Shown here piece after piece: positions 14,413-18,033 of a DNA stretch of 18,033 bases. The first letter of the stretch is position 1. Every line of letters starts with the position of its first letter. The position numbers were made by a program, and so were the translations under genes. The DNA comes from Pseudomonadota bacterium (GTDB taxonomy: Bacteria; Pseudomonadota; Gammaproteobacteria; Methylococcales; Methylococcaceae): the NCBI GenBank assembly GCA_040753975.1, contig JBFMDC010000026.1, positions 1-18,033 on the forward strand, given 5' to 3'. The notes below the pieces were generated by a model, which was not told the DNA's origin, ran no database searches, and was given only the letters and a program-made list of their open reading frames with translations.

Positions 14413-16308
14413 ATGCCGCTACTGCCCACTTTCCTCCTCGCGCTGGCACTCGTCGCTCCCGCTACCGCCCAGGAGACCCAAACGCTCCTGCACCTGCTCG
14501 ATTACATCGGCGTGGACTACCCCGAGGCGATCGCGGACGGGAAGGTGAAGAACGAAGACGAATACCGGGAGATGCTCGAGTTCACCCAGCAGGTCAACGA
14601 GCGCCTCCAGGGGCTGCCCGAGCATCCCGACAAGGCGGCGCTCCTCGCCGACGCGCAGGGGCTCGCACGCCTGGTTAAGGACAAGGCCGACCCATCGGCC
14701 ATCGCCGAAGGCGCGGGGAAGCTGCGCTGGGCCATCGTCTCCGCCTACCGGCTCAGGCTCGCGCCACGCGCACCGCCCGACCTCACGCGCGGCAAGGCGC
14801 TCTACGCACAGCATTGCGCCGCCTGCCATGGCGCCGAAGGCCAAGGCGATGGGCCGGCCGCCAAGGGACTCGACCCCGCGCCGTCCAACTTCCACGACCT
14901 GGAGCGCATGGCGCAGCGCAGCGCCTATGGCCTGTACAACACGATCACGCTCGGCGTCGATGGCACTTCGATGGCATCGTTCAGGCAGCTTTCGGAAGAT
15001 GACCGCTGGGCGCTCGCGTTCTTCGTCTCGGTGATGGGCGTTCTCGGAGAGCGCGTCAGCGAGGGCGAGCGACTGTGGAAGTCGGGCGAGGCGGTGGCTG
15101 CATTCCCCGATCTCGGCAACGTCGCGATGCTTTCGACGAGCGAAGTTGTCGCGCGCTACGGCGATAAGGCCGCCCGGGTGCAGGACTACCTGCGGGCGCA
15201 TCCCGAAGTCATCCAGCCCTCTCCGATCGAATTGGCACGGCGCAAGCTGGCCGAGGCGCGTGAGGCGTACGCGCGCGGCGAGCGATTGGCTGCGCACGAC
15301 GCCGCCATCGAAGGCTATCTGGAGGGCTTCGAACTGGCCGAGACCAGCCTCGCCAACATCGACCCGACCCTGATGCGCGAGACCGAGCGCGAGATGTTCG
15401 ATCTGCGCGCCGCGATCGAGCGCGGCGAGCCCGCCGTGGCCTTCGCCGAGCGCGTCGAGCGCGTCGACGCGCTGCTCGCCGCCGCTCAAGAGAAGCTCCG
15501 CGCGGGCGGTCTTTCGGCGGCGACCGCGTTTACTACCTCGCTGATCATTCTGCTCCGCGAAGGGCTGGAAGCGATCCTCGTGCTCGCCGCCGTCATCGCC
15601 TTCGTCGCCAAGACCGGCCGCCGCGACGCCCTGCCGTGGGTGCATGCGGGCTGGATCGCGGCGCTGCTCTGCGGCATTCTCACCTGGGCGCTCGCCAGCT
15701 TCGTCGTCGAAATCTCCGGCGCCAACCGCGAGCTGACCGAAGGCGTCACGGCGCTCCTTGCCGCCGCCATGCTGCTTTACGTCGGCTACTGGCTGCATGG
15801 CAAGGCCTATGCCGCAGCCTGGACCCGCTTCATCCGGGAACAGGTGGGTCAGGCGCTGGCCAGGCGCACGCTATGGGCGATGGCGGCGGTATCCTTCCTC
15901 GCCGTGTACCGCGAGATGTTCGAGATCGTGCTCTTTTACCAGGCGCTGTGGGTCCAGGTGGGCGAGACGGGCCGCGCGCCGGTGCTCGGCGGCGCGGCGG
16001 CGGCTGCGGTCGCGCTGGGGGCCATCGGTTTCGCGCTCTTCAGGTACAGCGTGCGCCTGCCGCTCGGACCGTTCTTCGGCGCCACTTCGGCCCTGCTCGC
16101 TCTCCTCGCGGTCGTCTTCACCGGCCACGGCATCGCGGCGCTGCAGGAGGCCGGCGTGTTCCGGGCATCGAGGCTCGACTTCGAGCCGATGCCGCTGCTC
16201 GGTCTGTATCCGAGCGTCGAAGCGCTGCTTGCCCAACTTTTCGCGCTCGCGCTGGTCGGCCTCGGATTCTGGACTGCCCGGCGCAACGCCATGGTGCCCG
16301 CGACATGA
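14413..16308 (+). CDS. Fusion protein: an N-terminal periplasmic cytochrome c domain joined to an FTR1-family iron permease.
   Basis: A signal peptide is followed by the heme motif CAACH. The C-terminal half is polytopic and carries both RExxE motifs (LREGLEAIL, YREMFEIVL). GGAG lies 9 nt upstream of the ATG at 14413. The ORF track starts at TTG 14407. Confidence 0.8.
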   Translation: MPLLPTFLLALALVAPATAQETQTLLHLLDYIGVDYPEAIADGKVKNEDEYREMLEFTQQVNERLQGLPEHPDKAALLADAQGLARLVKDKADPSAIAEGAGKLRWAIVSAYRLRLAPRAPPDLTRGKALYAQHCAACHGAEGQGDGPAAKGLDPAPSNFHDLERMAQRSAYGLYNTITLGVDGTSMASFRQLSEDDRWALAFFVSVMGVLGERVSEGERLWKSGEAVAAFPDLGNVAMLSTSEVVARYGDKAARVQDYLRAHPEVIQPSPIELARRKLAEAREAYARGERLAAHDAAIEGYLEGFELAETSLANIDPTLMRETEREMFDLRAAIERGEPAVAFAERVERVDALLAAAQEKLRAGGLSAATAFTTSLIILLREGLEAILVLAAVIAFVAKTGRRDALPWVHAGWIAALLCGILTWALASFVVEISGANRELTEGVTALLAAAMLLYVGYWLHGKAYAAAWTRFIREQVGQALARRTLWAMAAVSFLAVYREMFEIVLFYQALWVQVGETGRAPVLGGAAAAAVALGAIGFALFRYSVRLPLGPFFGATSALLALLAVVFTGHGIAALQEAGVFRASRLDFEPMPLLGLYPSVEALLAQLFALALVGLGFWTARRNAMVPAT

Positions 16309-16373
16309 AATCCAGGCGATCCGCCCTAACCGTTTCCGTGTCACACGCACGTCTCTTCCTACCCAGGAATCTG

Positions 16374-16397
16374 CGGTCGGAGACCGCCTCCTTTTTC
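16374..16397 (+). terminator. Candidate intrinsic terminator after the cytochrome c-FTR1 gene: GCGGTC-gga-GACCGC followed by CTCCTTTTT.
   Basis: A 6-bp GC-rich stem with a 3-nt loop is followed by a T5 run, 66 nt after the stop codon. Confidence 0.4.
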
Positions 16398-16411
16398 CTT
16401 CTCCCGCTGGG

Positions 16412-16439
16412 ACAAAACCGCCGGGAGCGGTTTTGGTCG
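16412..16439 (+). repeat. Hairpin GACAAAACCGC-CGGGA-GCGGTTTTGGTC, a member of the CGGGA-loop hairpin family.
   Basis: It has the same architecture as the hairpin at 2583-2610: same loop and same GAC…GGTC flanks, with compensatory stem changes. It is close to the reverse complement of the tandem-repeat hairpin (ccaatccgc-cggga-gcggattgg), again with compensatory differences. Confidence 0.5.
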
Positions 16440-16505
16440 AGTGGAGCTCGCCCGAAGGGTTCCGGGCTGGACGGCCCGGAAACAAAAGGTGGCCCGGAGG
16501 GCCGG

Positions 16506-17723
16506 ATGAGGGATAGAGACCGCACGGTTCCGGGGCACAATTCGAGGGCCGCGGGACCGTGCGGTCTCTCCCTGTTCGCCATGGTGCTGCTCCTTGCCGG
16601 CTGCCAGCACGCGACGGCGCCCGGGCCGGCTACCCCGGCGCGCGCCCCAAGCGACGCCTCGGCGCCGCCGCCCGCGACGGGCGACACCCGCTACGTTTTC
16701 GGGTGGGGCGAGCTGCCCGCGATCCTCGCCCAGCCGCGCGGTGGCAGCACGCGCGGGGCTCCGGTCACACTCGCACCGGGCCGGGCGCTACCGTTGCCGG
16801 AGATCGCCGCCGCGTCCGACGAATTCATCCAGGACCGGGCCGCGATCTTGGCGCTCGCCGGCGATTACAAGGTGAGTTTCCACTTCATGGAGTCGCTCGG
16901 GCTTGCACCCGACTACCAACCCACCAGGCCTTACCACTCGTGGGCCACTGAGCGCGTCGATGTGCTGGAAGACCGGGGGCGCTTCATCAGCCTTCAGCAC
17001 ACGCTCTTGATGTTTTTCAAAAACGCCGATGGCACGGTATCCGGGCCGGAGGTCGCGAAGCACTGGCGACAGGACTGGACCTACGAGGATACCGACCTCT
17101 ACACCTTCCGCGGCGCTTCCACCTGGTCGCGGCGCCGCGTCCCGGCCGCCGAAGCGGCCGGGCGCTGGTCGCTGGCCGTGTTTCAGGTCGACGATTCACC
17201 GCGCTACGAAGCACTCGGCCGCTGGGAGCACCGCGGCAACATTTCCGCCTGGACCAGCGAACGCGCCTGGCGTCCGCTCCCGCGTCGCGAACACACCGTG
17301 CGCCAGGACTACGACGTCATGGAGGGCATTCACCGCATCCTCCTCACCCCCACCGGCTGGCTCCATGAGCAGAACAACTTAAAACGCGTCGCGGGCGAAA
17401 CCGGCGAAGCGGCGCGCTTCGTCGGGGCGGAAATTGGCCTGGACCGCTACGAACGCATTACCGCGCCTAGTCTCGTTGCCGCGGACGAATATTGGAAGAA
17501 AACCGCCCGCTATTGGGCGGTGGTCCGCCGCGCCTGGGCCGAAGTGCTGGCGCGCCATGAGCGTTTCACGCTACGCACGGAAGTGGGCGGCAAAAAGCTT
17601 TTCGAGGAGCACCTGGCCTACGCCGAGAAGCTCGCGTCCGGCACGCCGTTCGACGCCGCTGACGCGGAAGGCCAGGCGCGAGCGACCCTCCGGAAATTCG
17701 TCACGACCAAGAAGCCCCCCTGA
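16506..17723 (+). CDS. Putative lipoprotein of unknown function (405 aa), probably co-transcribed with or functionally linked to the cytochrome c-FTR1 gene.
   Basis: GGAGG lies 5 nt upstream of the ATG. The signal region ends in the lipobox LLLAGC. The long ORF-track ORF (15636..17723) extends upstream through the FTR1 gene in another frame and is not credible. I recognise no characterised family confidently. Confidence 0.6.
   Translation: MRDRDRTVPGHNSRAAGPCGLSLFAMVLLLAGCQHATAPGPATPARAPSDASAPPPATGDTRYVFGWGELPAILAQPRGGSTRGAPVTLAPGRALPLPEIAAASDEFIQDRAAILALAGDYKVSFHFMESLGLAPDYQPTRPYHSWATERVDVLEDRGRFISLQHTLLMFFKNADGTVSGPEVAKHWRQDWTYEDTDLYTFRGASTWSRRRVPAAEAAGRWSLAVFQVDDSPRYEALGRWEHRGNISAWTSERAWRPLPRREHTVRQDYDVMEGIHRILLTPTGWLHEQNNLKRVAGETGEAARFVGAEIGLDRYERITAPSLVAADEYWKKTARYWAVVRRAWAEVLARHERFTLRTEVGGKKLFEEHLAYAEKLASGTPFDAADAEGQARATLRKFVTTKKPP
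16515..16569. other. 14-bp perfect inverted repeat AGAGACCGCACGGT…ACCGTGCGGTCTCT with a 27-nt spacer. It spans codons 4-21 of the lipoprotein gene.
   Basis: Read directly. The GCGGTC/GACCGC motif also forms the small hairpin at 16374-16388. Confidence 0.6.
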
Positions 17724-17806
17724 CGCTTCGACAATCCGCTGTGGCTCGTTCTCATCGAGCCGGCGGCGATGACCTTGACATCGATGAGCAGGGGCGAAGT
17801 AACGAT

Positions 17807-17854
17807 CCACCGGCAAAGCCGGTGGCTTTCGACGGCTGGCCCCTCCAAGGGGCC
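17807..17854 (+). terminator. Two back-to-back GC-rich hairpins downstream of the lipoprotein gene: ccaccggc-aaa-gccggtgg, then ggcccct-cca-aggggcc. They may be a terminator or REP-like.
   Basis: Perfect 8-bp and 7-bp stems. The first is followed by CTTTC, a weak U-tract. Confidence 0.35.
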
Positions 17855-17887
17855 TGACCGCCGTCGGGCAAAAGCCAAGTCGTCGCC

Positions 17888-17904
17888 CCGGCAGGGATTG
17901 CCGG
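17888..17904. repeat. Hairpin ccggca-gggat-tgccgg, the reverse complement of 248-264. It lies 54 nt upstream of the right-end tandem repeat.
   Basis: Exact reverse-complement match to 248-264. Confidence 0.6.
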
Positions 17905-17957
17905 GATCCAGTGGCCACGGATGGCTGCGACCTCACACCTCCCTGTGAGCTGGATTC

Positions 17958-18033
17958 ATGCCGGGCTGTCCTGCCCGGCACCCTTCGGGCCAGTGCCAAT
18001 CCGCTCCCGGCGGATTGGTCATGCCGGGCTGTC
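17958..18033 (+). repeat. The same 63-bp tandem-repeat unit as at 1-249, about 1.2 copies (units 1-2 type), truncated by the window edge.
   Basis: Identical to 60-122. The last 9 nt of the window equal its first 9 nt. Confidence 0.85.

Noticed and set aside
14419-15798. 459-aa antisense ORF opposite the cytochrome c-FTR1 gene. Also 1193..1870 opposite yihY and 519..1595 antisense to yihY.
   Set aside because: These are shadow ORFs with no motifs. The sense-strand genes have strong family signatures.
15636-16505. Upstream 290 aa of the 695-aa ORF-track ORF (15636..17723).
   Set aside because: It overlaps the FTR1 gene in another frame. A lipoprotein signal with SD and ATG at 16506 gives a coherent start.

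Overview
High-GC (~65%) bacterial window. The LexA operator is E. coli-type (CTGT-N8-ACAG), which points to a gamma- or betaproteobacterium. Both window ends fall inside the same 63-bp tandem-repeat family in the same orientation. Gene content reads as an accessory-like mosaic. (1) An inner-membrane protein gene (YihY/BrkB family). (2) A small stand-alone DNA-binding activator gene (AraC-type, MarA/SoxS-like). (3) An AT-rich two-gene module (DUF4160/DUF2442) that looks like a toxin-antitoxin pair. (4) A complete SOS-mutagenesis operon, lexA-imuA-imuB-dnaE2, on the minus strand with a textbook LexA box in its promoter. (5) A YceI-like periplasmic protein gene. (6) A decayed alpha/beta-hydrolase gene. 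(7) An IS200/IS605-type insertion sequence whose transposase gene (tnpA) carries an in-frame amber stop. (8) A lower-GC encapsulin nanocompartment locus: a family-1 shell gene followed by a cargo gene that has a C-terminal targeting peptide. (9) A YojI-like ABC peptide-exporter remnant with an internal deletion. (10) An iron permease gene fused to a cytochrome c domain (FTR1 family), followed by a lipoprotein gene. Beyond the genes, the window holds several families of structured repeats: the 63-bp tandem units, IS200-end-like hairpins, and a covarying CGGGA-loop hairpin family. It also holds candidate operators, notably tandem CTGTTAACAG palindromes in the divergent encapsulin promoter region and a 14-bp perfect inverted repeat spanning the start of the lipoprotein gene. 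No rRNA, tRNA or CRISPR array was seen. All calls come from reading the sequence and recalling protein families; no database search was possible.
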